A stretch of DNA of 64,000 nucleotides, from the IMG/VR virus record IMGVR_UViG_3300028840_001821; one strand, 5' to 3'. Each line of letters opens with the position of its first letter. Position 1 is the stretch's first letter. The notes beneath the pieces are model-generated. The model did no database searches. It saw only the letters and a list, made by a program, of their open reading frames with translations, and was not told the origin of the DNA. Origin of the DNA: a virus. Lineage: Duplodnaviria > Heunggongvirae > Uroviricota > Caudoviricetes. Of this stretch, positions 1 through 8,488 are shown one piece after another. A program made the translations under genes and the position numbers.

Positions 1-148
1 ACGCGAACCCAACGCCGCGTCAGAGTCCTCGGCATCAAAGAAGCCGGACCACACTGGCTCGATCTCGAAGTCATGGACTTAGGGTGGCATCGCCGAATGT
101 ATATCACGCGCCACAAAGACACGATCAAGGTTTTGGAGAGAACAAAAG

Positions 149-628
149 ATGAGTGACGAAGCAAGAGAACCCGCCGGTATGAAGGTGAGCCACAAGCTAC
201 CTCCGTTGCAGGGACGAGTGGCGTGTGACGTTCTCCAAGAGTTGCGCGATTGCTTTAAGAGCCGCGACTTCAGTAGCATGAGGTCGAAGGTCGAGGAACT
301 ACAGGCTATGTTCGATCGCATGGAGGAGGCTCTCGCGCAGTATGGAAACAGTTACGGCGGTCTCGATCACGTTCACCTTGACGTTGCCGAACTCAAGAAA
401 GAGAAGAGACAACTCAAGGGAGAGATCTATCGTCTCAAGAGGGATAAGGTCGAGCTTGAGGAACAGAAGGCAAGTGACACCGACGACCTCGAAGCCGTCG
501 GCTCGGCGTTCATCAATCTCCTGCGAGACGAGATGGAGATTCCTATCGGACAGGCGGGAGCGTTCTTCAAGAAGATGCGCAAGGCTGGTCTGATCATCTA
601 CAAGCAGAAGGACAATAAGGATGAGTGA
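149..628 (+). CDS. hypothetical coiled-coil protein
   Basis: 159-aa ORF and first gene of a translationally coupled run; its stop overlaps the next start (ATGA). Confidence 0.45.
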   Translation: MSDEAREPAGMKVSHKLPPLQGRVACDVLQELRDCFKSRDFSSMRSKVEELQAMFDRMEEALAQYGNSYGGLDHVHLDVAELKKEKRQLKGEIYRLKRDKVELEEQKASDTDDLEAVGSAFINLLRDEMEIPIGQAGAFFKKMRKAGLIIYKQKDNKDE

Positions 629-821
629 GGAGTATCCGCAGACTGGACCCGCCGCACTTGGTGTGTTCAGTATCAAGAGGCTGTTCACCCCGTTCTCGAT
701 GGAGAATCGGTGCTGGAACTACTATGACGTGAGAGAGAATCGCGTCAAGTTTGGTTACACGCTGGTCTACATGTTCGGCGTCCGTGTCGCCACCATTCAC
801 AGGACGAAGCCCTGGAACTAA
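621..821 (+). CDS. hypothetical protein
   Basis: 66-aa ORF. Start overlaps the upstream stop and its stop overlaps the next ATG (TAATG coupling). Confidence 0.4.
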   Translation: MSEEYPQTGPAALGVFSIKRLFTPFSMENRCWNYYDVRENRVKFGYTLVYMFGVRVATIHRTKPWN

Positions 822-1282
822 TGGTCAATCGCTGGCTGAAACAACTACGTGAGGCGGCTGATCTCGCCCGAAACTCGATCGCTGATAAGCGAAAGAGCTA
901 CATCGGCGCGGTGATCGCGGAGCGCAACAAAATCATCGGTAGCGGAGTCAACTCAAACGACCCGCATCCAGCGATGCAGAAACACTACCCTTGGTATTCC
1001 GGCGTTCACGCTGAGGCGGCGGCACTGATCGACGCTACTCGGGAGCGCGGGGATGTGCGCGGCTGTGATCTTTTCGTTACGAGGGTCTACCGCACGGGTG
1101 AGATCGCATCCACGTCAAAGCCCTGCAAATACTGCATGGCTCTGATCGCACTCTTCGGGATTCGTCGCGTCTTCTATGTTGACGACGGAGAGATCTGTGT
1201 GGCGATTGTCAACGGCGGTCGCGGGGTAGAGGAGTTCGGGTCTGCTGATCTGATCGCAGAAAAGCCTAAAAAACAAGGGTGA
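821..1282 (+). CDS. cytidine/deoxycytidylate (dCMP) deaminase family protein
   Basis: Carries the zinc-binding signature of CMP/dCMP deaminases: H-A-E (GVHAEAAAL) followed by P-C-x-x-C (SKPCKYCMALI). Confidence 0.6.
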   Translation: MVNRWLKQLREAADLARNSIADKRKSYIGAVIAERNKIIGSGVNSNDPHPAMQKHYPWYSGVHAEAAALIDATRERGDVRGCDLFVTRVYRTGEIASTSKPCKYCMALIALFGIRRVFYVDDGEICVAIVNGGRGVEEFGSADLIAEKPKKQG

Positions 1283-1307
1283 AAACGTCTTCGACGTGAG
1301 TTATAAT

Positions 1308-1675
1308 AGTGAAGGCTGCTGCGGCAGTCTGAGGAATTGAAAGAGAACTAAAAGTGTTTTGGGGACTTGGAAACCCTCCTCGGCAGGTGGGTCGGTGGAG
1401 TCCCGCCTAATGCAAACCCTGCCATTAATAATTTATGTGCTTGTCCCCCTTAGTCTTAAGTAGATTAAGGGGGCTGGCTCTCCCCTTCTTCTCAGGCAGG
1501 GATGGGAGAGGGGCGTGGCGAGGACCCTAATTCCTCGCTGGAGTCGAGACACTCCTGGCTCGCGGGGAGTTTAAGTTTGCGCGTGCAGTTGGTCCGTTAA
1601 TCTTCAAGCGGTCACCCGTCATTAGGTTAAAGTCGCCGGAGCCGGGGTTAAAATAGCTTCGGCGCTTTTTTAGTA
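1308..1675 (+). ncRNA. candidate structured non-coding RNA or long 5' leader
   Basis: About 370 nt with no plus-strand ORF, between a TATAAT promoter-like element (1302-1307) and a weak terminator-like gcttcggcgctttttt (about 1655-1672). It contains several perfect hairpins (cccccttagtcttaagtagattaaggggg, ctctcccc..gggagag, ggcagg..ccctgcc). Confidence 0.3.
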
Positions 1676-1700
1676 TCTACGCCAAGCGGAGTTTTGTTTC

Positions 1701-2066
1701 ATGGGCATTGATTACGACGCACATATTGGCTACGGCGTGATGGTTCCGAAGTCTCTGGAGCCCGAGTGGCTTGAAGAGATCGCAGAGCGTAACATCGACA
1801 AAGATCGCTTTGCCGTCATGTGTTGGGGTGACTCCTACACGTGGGATGACGACGACGAGTGTGAACACACGAACATGATCATCGTCGTGAAGGAATCACA
1901 CGAAGACACGTGGCACAATTGCCCACACCCCGTGAATAAGTTGTTTGACCCGAACAATGTCGATATTCCACGATGGGACGATATGCTCCGCAAAGAGTGT
2001 GAGCGTGTCGGCATTGACTTCGACAAAGAAAAACCTCAGTGGTATCTGACGTGCCATGTCTGCTAA
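1701..2066 (+). CDS. hypothetical protein
   Basis: 121-aa ORF after a roughly 390-nt non-coding leader. Its stop overlaps the next start. Confidence 0.45.
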   Translation: MGIDYDAHIGYGVMVPKSLEPEWLEEIAERNIDKDRFAVMCWGDSYTWDDDDECEHTNMIIVVKESHEDTWHNCPHPVNKLFDPNNVDIPRWDDMLRKECERVGIDFDKEKPQWYLTCHVC

Positions 2067-2286
2067 TCTGGATAGCGCACCGCCCACGGAAGAACGCGAC
2101 CAGGGTGTCAATGTGGACGGCGAACCGTGCTACATGATCGACGGTGAACCCGTCGAGGAACGTAGGCAGCGCCTAATGATCCAAGATGCAGTTCAATTCG
2201 CACGAAGAACGGGCTGGCGCAAGGGATTCACAATCGGCATCATCATCGGTGCCGCAATCACGCTGCTCATAGCGCAGATGGGATAA
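2056..2286 (+). CDS. small membrane protein
   Basis: 76 aa with a C-terminal hydrophobic helix (GFTIGIIIGAAITLLIAQ). Start overlaps the upstream stop. Confidence 0.4.
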   Translation: MSANLDSAPPTEERDQGVNVDGEPCYMIDGEPVEERRQRLMIQDAVQFARRTGWRKGFTIGIIIGAAITLLIAQMG

Positions 2287-2288
2287 CG

Positions 2289-2576
2289 ATGGCTGATCTG
2301 TGGGGTCGATTGATCGCAATTGCCACGAAGGATATTGCCCAGGAAGTGCGGGCACAAATCCTGGCGCTCGGTGACGAAGCCGCCCCGGAAGAGATCCACA
2401 AGGTTATCATGTGGGGGCAGGAAGAGTCCCGGCGACGGCTCGAAGAGGCGAAACTCGTAGTCAAAGAGGAGATCCCCGAGGAAGAGAAGACGAAGAAGAT
2501 CTTCAAGATCATGCTCGGCAATCTATTCGACGACTACACCCGGCGCTACAAAGAAGATACGGGCGAGGACTTTTGA
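2289..2576 (+). CDS. hypothetical protein
   Basis: 95-aa ORF. Its TGA stop overlaps the next ATG (TGATGA). Confidence 0.45.
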   Translation: MADLWGRLIAIATKDIAQEVRAQILALGDEAAPEEIHKVIMWGQEESRRRLEEAKLVVKEEIPEEEKTKKIFKIMLGNLFDDYTRRYKEDTGEDF

Positions 2577-2752
2577 TGAAGTTTGTGTTTCTCACACTAC
2601 GAGCAAAAGAGAAGGTCGATCCGCTGGTAGTGTGTTCATTCTTAATGGGGCTTTTCAACCCGGCTCAGGGTAAGACCGAAGTGTCCTACATGCCGGTGTT
2701 AGTAAAGTTTGATGAGGGCGGAAATGAGTCTACTCGAAAACGATATGTATGA
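2576..2752 (+). CDS. hypothetical small protein
   Basis: 58-aa ORF, MKFVFLTLRAKEK.., coupled to the upstream gene. Confidence 0.35.
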   Translation: MKFVFLTLRAKEKVDPLVVCSFLMGLFNPAQGKTEVSYMPVLVKFDEGGNESTRKRYV

Positions 2753-3089
2753 TTGGGGCATGGTGCCTCAAGACAAGCAAGATACCGACAGGAGCAATCT
2801 CATGGGTCGCTGGATCATGTTCTTTTCCGATGACAATAACTGCGCCCACCTTCACGTCTTCGATGCGGACTTCCACGATGCGGACGACGTGGCGCGTGCG
2901 AAGATCACCGAGGTCGGTGCCGATCCGGATATGACTCCGTTCATGCTCAACGAGTTTGAGGGTGAGCTACGGGTAACCGATCCGGCTATCGGAGGCAAGG
3001 GAGAGATCTTCTCCATGTTCAAAGCACCGCCGGACAAGACCAGAACACCGTCGGCGGACGAACCCGCCGATCCATTTGTCACACAGTAG
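2709..3089 (+). CDS. hypothetical protein
   Basis: 126-aa ORF. An alternative start exists at ATG 2745 (MYDWG..). Confidence 0.4.
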   Translation: MMRAEMSLLENDMYDWGMVPQDKQDTDRSNLMGRWIMFFSDDNNCAHLHVFDADFHDADDVARAKITEVGADPDMTPFMLNEFEGELRVTDPAIGGKGEIFSMFKAPPDKTRTPSADEPADPFVTQ

Positions 3090-3098
3090 GAGAATCAC

Positions 3099-3533
3099 AT
3101 GGACTTCGCGTCAATCGGCATCAACTTGGAGCAGTCCAACCTGCTCACGTGGGGCGTCGTCGCCATTGCGGCGATTAGTTGGCTTTTGCTCTACTGGCGT
3201 GTCAAGAAGCATGTCGTCGCCTTCGTGAAGGGCACGAGCAAGCGCAGCCTTCAGAACATCGTCATCAGCAACGTCGCCATTGCGGCGCTCATCGTGTTGG
3301 TGATGATCGTTGGCTTCAACATGCGCACGCAGCGCAAGATCAAGGTGAAGCCGGACACCACGATGGAACGCAACCTTCAGGATCACGTGGGTATGACGCC
3401 GGAAGAGATCCGTCAGCACCGCGAGCACATTCGCCAGAAGCGTGCGGACCAGTGGAAAAACCGCAAGCAAGAGGCGCGAGAAGACGAGAAAGCAGAGCGT
3501 GAACGGTTGCGTAAGCAACTCATGGGCAAGTAA
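3099..3533 (+). CDS. membrane protein
   Basis: RBS GGAGAAtcacATG. Two predicted TM helices are followed by a charged coiled tail. Confidence 0.5.
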   Translation: MDFASIGINLEQSNLLTWGVVAIAAISWLLLYWRVKKHVVAFVKGTSKRSLQNIVISNVAIAALIVLVMIVGFNMRTQRKIKVKPDTTMERNLQDHVGMTPEEIRQHREHIRQKRADQWKNRKQEAREDEKAERERLRKQLMGK

Positions 3534-3563
3534 GTTCCTTTTTTCCAACTACAGGAGTGTTTT

Positions 3564-4547
3564 GTGATGAAGAAGTTTGCCCTTCTACTCGGTATCGTTG
3601 CCGCCATGTTCGCGGCGGGATGCACCGTCGAAGTGCCGCAGGGCACGAAGTGTAAGGTCATGACCGTCGATGGCTGGCAGGACGAGATCTACGATCCGGG
3701 TCGCGCCACCTGTTGGGGTCGTGACGATGCGTATTTCATCGACACCACCGAGGATCTCTACACCGAGACTCTCAAGATTCTCTGTGCCGATGATCTCAAC
3801 TTCGAGTTCGACGTCAATACGCGCTGCGGCGTGAATGACGACAAGGACGCAATCAACCGCGTGTTTACCAAGGTGCGTTCCGGCGAAGACAAGTTGATCA
3901 GTCGGCAGGATATCTACCGGATCTACGTCAAGCCCGTTGTCGAGGCGGAAGCGCGTAAGATCGTCGCCGCCCGCGAGACCAGTCAGATCAACGCCGAACG
4001 TGGTCAGATCGAGAACGAGATCCGCACGGCTGTTATGGAGCAGTTGAAGACTGTTCCGGTCAACATCGGTCTCATCAACATCTCCAACCTCGACTTCCCC
4101 GCCATCATCACTCAGGCGAACGAGAAGAACAAGCAGCGCGAGATTGCGATCAAGGAAGAGAGAGCGAAGGCTCAGATCGCCCAGGCGCGTGCCGAGGGTG
4201 AACTCAGGGTCAAGAACAAAGAGTATCAGATCGCCCTTCTCGAAGCCAAGGAAATCGCTGACGCTCAGGCGATCATCGGTGCCAGCTTGAACAACAACCC
4301 GCTCTATCTGGCGTGGCAGCAGAACAAGGTCATGCTCGCCGCTGCCAAGAGTGCGAACAAGATGTTCATCGTCCCGTTCGATATGATGAACGGCGGCGGC
4401 ACGGGCGGTCTCATGAACAGCGCCCTGATTCGGGACGCGATTCAGGACTCGAAGCCCGGCGATGGTGTCAACAGCGCCCTGAAGCGTGCGCAAGACGCTC
4501 AGAAGGCGGCGAACGACGCGGAGAAGCGTCAGAACGACGGTCAGTAG
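3564..4547 (+). CDS. SPFH/band-7 (prohibitin/HflKC-like) lipoprotein
   Basis: Signal peptide with a lipobox (LLLGIVAAMFAAGC). The central region has the SPFH-domain character (..EARKIVAARETSQINAERGQIENEIR..EKNKQREIAIKEERAKAQIAQARAEGE..). Confidence 0.6.
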   Translation: MMKKFALLLGIVAAMFAAGCTVEVPQGTKCKVMTVDGWQDEIYDPGRATCWGRDDAYFIDTTEDLYTETLKILCADDLNFEFDVNTRCGVNDDKDAINRVFTKVRSGEDKLISRQDIYRIYVKPVVEAEARKIVAARETSQINAERGQIENEIRTAVMEQLKTVPVNIGLINISNLDFPAIITQANEKNKQREIAIKEERAKAQIAQARAEGELRVKNKEYQIALLEAKEIADAQAIIGASLNNNPLYLAWQQNKVMLAAAKSANKMFIVPFDMMNGGGTGGLMNSALIRDAIQDSKPGDGVNSALKRAQDAQKAANDAEKRQNDGQ

Positions 4548-4666
4548 TCCATTCACAGCCCCGATCTCACCAGAGGTCGGGGCATAAGTCTATTTCGGGA
4601 GAGAGTTATGAGTAGCTCAACTCAATCTCAAGATCCGGGAGCAATGATGATCGTGCGTGAGATTAA

Positions 4667-4797
4667 CCGGCACGGGCGCGGTTGAAAACCGGTTAAGGAA
4701 ACCGGTAGATGAAGAGTGAAATAACCGGGATACCGCTTTGCGAGCAGAATGATATCAGTCTTCAGAAAAGAGGCTTAGATGGAGAGAATACTGAACA
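4667..4797 (+). repeat. conserved roughly 130-nt leader element, copy 1
   Basis: ccggcacgggcgcggttgaaaaccggttaaggaaaccggtagatgaag..cagaaaagaggcttagatggagagaata. Copy 2 at 5188 is about 85% identical. It contains a hairpin aaccgg-ttaaggaa-accggt. Confidence 0.55.
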
Positions 4798-4992
4798 ATG
4801 ATTGAGTGGCAATGCCAAAGCTGTAAGCAACACTTCGGCATAATGCTCATGTGCCCAAACTGTGGCTGGATCATATCGGAAGACTACGTAAAAAGGATCA
4901 GGCGGGCGCGGGAGATCCTAATCCTGGGTCTTGCGCGTAAGGTCCAAGGGATAGATCTTGGTGGCATTATTGATCCGTTTGATCCACTCTAG
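4798..4992 (+). CDS. zinc-ribbon small protein
   Basis: 64 aa with CxxC..CxxC (CQSCKQ..CPNCGW). Lies downstream of conserved leader copy 1. Confidence 0.45.
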   Translation: MIEWQCQSCKQHFGIMLMCPNCGWIISEDYVKRIRRAREILILGLARKVQGIDLGGIIDPFDPL

Positions 4993-5041
4993 CCCGGCGG
5001 GCGGTGCCGAAGGCACGATGTAGCTTAAAGGAAATTGAACT

Positions 5042-5209
5042 ATGATATTGACACTCCAAATACTAGGATCAATAATAGGATTACTAGTGCTATCCTGCTG
5101 GTTCTGGTATGCCTGTGTGTGGGGTCCGATCACCGGGACGTGGCGCATTCTGTGTCTCAAACCCTTCTTCTGCGGGCTCCAATCTAACCGGCGCGGGCGC
5201 GGTTGAAAA
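5042..5209 (+). CDS. single-TM micro-peptide (paralog 1)
   Basis: About 55 aa, MILTLQILGSIIGLLVLSCWFWY.., preceded by the conserved spacer gccgaaggcaNgatgtagcttaaaggaaattgaactATG. Confidence 0.4.
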
Positions 5210-5315
5210 CCGGTTAAGGAAACCGGTAAATGAAGACTGCTATCACTTTGAAATACTGGTGCGATCACTCTGAGTTCAGAGTTCAGAAAAACAGCTTAGA
5301 TAGAGAGAATAACAG
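5188..5315 (+). repeat. conserved roughly 130-nt leader element, copy 2
   Basis: A direct repeat of the 4667-4797 element. It overlaps the 3' end of micro-peptide gene 5042..5209. Confidence 0.55.
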
Positions 5316-5486
5316 ATGATGTATCTGAAGCACAGAAGGTCTGATGTTTCACAGCGCGGGTCGAGAAAACATCCGGTTGGGCACCCGTCCGCGCAGCCCA
5401 TTTCATCCTGCTTAGATTGGTGCTCGGACCGCATGGGTTCATTAATTGAGGTGATCTTGCCGATACTGATTGTTGGAGGAATCTGA
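5316..5486 (+). CDS. small protein downstream of leader copy 2
   Basis: About 56-aa ORF starting right after the second copy of the 130-nt leader. Confidence 0.3.
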   Translation: MMYLKHRRSDVSQRGSRKHPVGHPSAQPISSCLDWCSDRMGSLIEVILPILIVGGI

Positions 5487-5489
5487 ACG

Positions 5490-5615
5490 ATGATCACACT
5501 ATTCATTGTCTCAATCTCATCAATCTTACTAGGAGCAATAGGAGGAGTAATCCTATTCTCGATGCTCATTGGCAGGGATCTTAATCCGTTCTCCCGTCGT
5601 GATTCCCGAGGGTAG
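5490..5615 (+). CDS. single-TM micro-peptide (paralog 2)
   Basis: 41 aa, MITLFIVSISSILLGAIGGVILFSMLIGRDLNPFSRRDSRG, with a hydrophobic helix and charged tail. Confidence 0.4.
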   Translation: MITLFIVSISSILLGAIGGVILFSMLIGRDLNPFSRRDSRG

Positions 5616-5660
5616 CCCGGCGCTGCCGAAGGCAGGATGTAGCTTCAAGGAAACTGAACG

Positions 5661-5801
5661 ATGATCGCATCATTCTTAGGAACCCCACTATCAGGAATCA
5701 TAGCTCTCATTACCATAGTAGGACTCTTGGTATTATGGGCTCGTCTTGATCCCTTTCACACCATCTCTCGCCGTGATCTAATGCGTGATTCTGAAGAGTA
5801 G
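5661..5801 (+). CDS. single-TM micro-peptide (paralog 3)
   Basis: 46 aa, MIASFLGTPLSGIIALITIVGLLVLWARLDPFHTISRRDLMRDSEE, behind the same conserved spacer and RBS as paralog 1. Confidence 0.4.
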   Translation: MIASFLGTPLSGIIALITIVGLLVLWARLDPFHTISRRDLMRDSEE

Positions 5802-5982
5802 ATTGAGCCCTTGTGTGCCTAGCTACACGCCCACTTTCTCGTTGTATTCATCTATTTTTCAGCTAAAACCGCCCAAAACCCCGTCATAGCGGCAAAAAAG
5901 CCGAAATGAGCCCGTAAAGTTCAAGAAAACCGGGTGAAAACAGCCCTAAAGCGAGTTATAACAGTAGAAAGGGGCACTTTAG

Positions 5983-6120
5983 ATGCAGTGGATCAATGAA
6001 TTAACTACTCAGGGGGCGGTGACGCTCTGGATCTTCATCGGAGCGGCTTCTTGGGTAGCTGTAACCTTCATCAAGGCTGTGACGGGTGCCTATCTGCCCC
6101 GAATTGGCGAGGACGAAACC
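5983..6120 (+). CDS. small TM peptide
   Basis: 45 aa, MQWINELTTQGAVTLWIFIGAASWVAVTFIKAV.., downstream of the second GGGTGAAAAC..GAGTTATAAC promoter-like block. Confidence 0.35.
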
Positions 6121-6187
6121 CAAAAGGATTAAGATCTACGGGGCGAAATCGCTTAAAACGGCAAATCAGCGTTTCTGAGGCTCATAA

Positions 6188-6313
6188 GTGAAGAAATACA
6201 AGCCAATGACCCGCGCCCAACGAGCACACGCACTGTTCTGGGTCTTCCTGGGTTTGGCAGAGGTGATCGTTGCCATTCTGATTATGAGCGGCGTGATCCA
6301 GCCGGTGGGATAG
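6188..6313 (+). CDS. small TM peptide
   Basis: GTG start with GAGG 8 nt upstream, 41 aa (..ALFWVFLGLAEVIVAILIMSGV..). Its stop abuts the next ATG. Confidence 0.35.
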   Translation: MKKYKPMTRAQRAHALFWVFLGLAEVIVAILIMSGVIQPVG

Positions 6314-6736
6314 ATGAAGAAGTCCCATTGGGAAGAGGTAGGCTACTACGATATCTATACCCGGAGAGGGTTGATAACTTACACAGAGGAATCTGAGATG
6401 AAAGCGTATTTCAAAAATCTCCTTACTGGTTACATCGACCTGTGGAAGATCTCTTGGAACCTCAAGGGAACCGCATTACCGGCGTGGGTAGGACTCAACG
6501 TTGGGATACTGGCGCTGGTTGTCGCCTTTGTTGTCACCGCCGCCAAGTTAGGGTTCATTGCAACCTTCTTGGGTGTGGCAATCGGCATGTCGTTCTTGTT
6601 GTTCGGTGTGGGTCTGAGGCTCGTAGCAAAAGACCTAAGAACAGAGGGTGGCATTAAGGTGAAGGAAGTAGTGACACCGGTGGAGACAACTCTTGGTGAC
6701 GACCGCGAGGTTGAGTCTTCCGCGCCTCTGAACTAA
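6314..6736 (+). CDS. membrane protein
   Basis: 140 aa with three hydrophobic segments. Confidence 0.5.
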   Translation: MKKSHWEEVGYYDIYTRRGLITYTEESEMKAYFKNLLTGYIDLWKISWNLKGTALPAWVGLNVGILALVVAFVVTAAKLGFIATFLGVAIGMSFLLFGVGLRLVAKDLRTEGGIKVKEVVTPVETTLGDDREVESSAPLN

Positions 6737-7384
6737 TGACTCTTCTATCTTACTAGCCTTGGCGCAGCCAATCTACGGCGAAGCCGGAGACTCTTCCGGT
6801 TGCTCGTAAGGTGAGAATACTTGCTCCTCTCCACCTGCCTTGTACCATCCATTATGGCAAAAAAAGTCCATTCGTTCCAAACTTTTTTGGTAAATCCGTG
6901 GCGTGGTTTTTTGAATTGAAAACTAAAACTGGAAATCTCACCAGCCGCCCGGGTCCACGAAGCGCGACTTATAAGGCGGGATCGCGCTAAACCCCTCCCG
7001 GACCTTGAGATCCGAAGGTCCGAAGTTCGGCACACCGGACAATCCGATCCGAAGCTCGTCTTCTCATTTTGATACTCTCATAATGAGACAGCACATAGAA
7101 ATTCCTTCCTGGTCGGTCCTCTTACTATATAACTCATCCTGAGTCAAGTCGTTTCAAGAAAAAACTCCACTTTTTTGTCACTTCGGGTCTTGCGGTCTGA
7201 ACATCCCCAGGTGTCTCGTTCTTGAACATCGGATCTTCCGATCTGAACGTCGTTACCTCCGGCGCGTCTCTACCATATATATAGAAGAGGGATCTTGAGA
7301 AAAATCCAGAAAGTCTGACGAGATGATGAAGCAAATGAGTTATAGCAGTGAGCGCACAAAGCGCAAAGAAAAAATCAAAACAGC

Positions 7385-7412
7385 TTGACTATCGCCCGCA
7401 GCATGGTATTCT
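7385..7412 (+). promoter_or_regulatory. sigma70-like promoter (TTGACT-N16-TATTCT)
   Basis: -35 at 7385-7390 and -10 at 7407-7412, followed by the leader tggggtgaag. Confidence 0.5.
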
Positions 7413-7462
7413 TGGGGTGAAGTCGAACGAAACACTTTTCTCTCTTGAAAGGAATTTGGATC

Positions 7463-8092
7463 ATGTCGGACAAGGAAACCAAGACCCGCGAGCGCAAGGT
7501 GACCGTCACGGACGAGATGCTCAAGAGCTACCGCGAGATCGGCAGCGAGACTCCGAGCCCGATGGCGACCCTGCTCCGCACCCTCCCGGACGCCGAGGCG
7601 AAGAAGCAGATCCAGCGCATCGAGAACGCGGTCGAGAAGAACAGCAAGGACCGACTGGCGTCGGACGAGGGCTACCAGAGTGCCCGCAAGCTGTTCGAGG
7701 CGGCGAAGAACACCTTCTACCGCACCCGCAACAAGCTGACCGTCGAGGACGTCTCGATCGAGAACCCGGACTTCGACTCCGACCAGCCGGTGAGCGAAGA
7801 GAATCCCGCGAAGATCATCATCAAGCGCAACGGCTTCGAGTCCCGCCGTGCCGCGCTCCGCGAGAAGATCGCCGAAGAGGACGCCAAGGAAGCGTCGGCG
7901 GCGGCGGAGACCGCGACGGGCGAGAACTTCGACCCGAAGCAGGAGATCAGCGAGACCAACATGCCCGAGGGCGTGCTGCACAAGAACATGCGCGAGGCGC
8001 AGGAGAGAAAGCGGGCTCTCGCCCGCAAGGCGATGGGACTCAACGGCACCGACCAGGAGACCCCGCCCGAGGTCCTGACCGACGGCGAGTAG
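7463..8092 (+). CDS. hypothetical acidic protein
   Basis: ATG after leader ..gaaaggaatttggatcATG. The track start (TTG 7445) reads the leader as protein. Confidence 0.5.
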   Translation: MSDKETKTRERKVTVTDEMLKSYREIGSETPSPMATLLRTLPDAEAKKQIQRIENAVEKNSKDRLASDEGYQSARKLFEAAKNTFYRTRNKLTVEDVSIENPDFDSDQPVSEENPAKIIIKRNGFESRRAALREKIAEEDAKEASAAAETATGENFDPKQEISETNMPEGVLHKNMREAQERKRALARKAMGLNGTDQETPPEVLTDGE

Positions 8093-8436
8093 AATACCGA
8101 CAGACCCCAACTTCCTCCGCATAGGGACCGCCCGGCTTCGCCGGGCGTGTCCCGACTTTTAACACTTTCGGGCTCACGGGTAACATCCTTGTAGGACGCG
8201 GGTAGCTAACCCATCAATACGGGACTGCCAACGCATGGGTTCCGGAGCCCGATTTATGGACGGGTCCGCTGGATCGGCGGGTCAGCGCAGTAATCAGATC
8301 ATCCCGGTGGGTTCGATTCCCACGCCCGTCCACCCTCCAACTTCGGATCTACCGGTCCGAACGTCCCACCTCTGTTCTGCCTTACGGGCGATTTCTCCCC
8401 GCGAATAAGGTCCCCCAGGTTTCTTTGAAAAAGAAT

Positions 8437-8464
8437 TTGACTTCACGCGCTCCGGGTGTATACT
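8437..8464 (+). promoter_or_regulatory. sigma70-like promoter (TTGACT-N16-TATACT)
   Basis: Followed by the conserved leader tggggtgaaaggaaacgaaacccaATG. Confidence 0.55.
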
Positions 8465-8488
8465 TGGGGTGAAAGGAAACGAAACCCA

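Noticed and set aside
3585-4556. Long minus-strand ORF (323 aa) opposite the SPFH gene
   Set aside because: High-GC antisense artefact. The plus-strand gene has an RBS, a lipoprotein signal and SPFH motifs, and no other minus-strand gene is supported in the window.
7340-8124. Overlapping long ORFs on both strands (7340..8122 minus and 7348..8124 plus in an alternate frame)
   Set aside because: They are Arg/Gly/Pro-rich GC artefacts. Only the frame beginning at ATG 7463 is preceded by the promoter and conserved leader.
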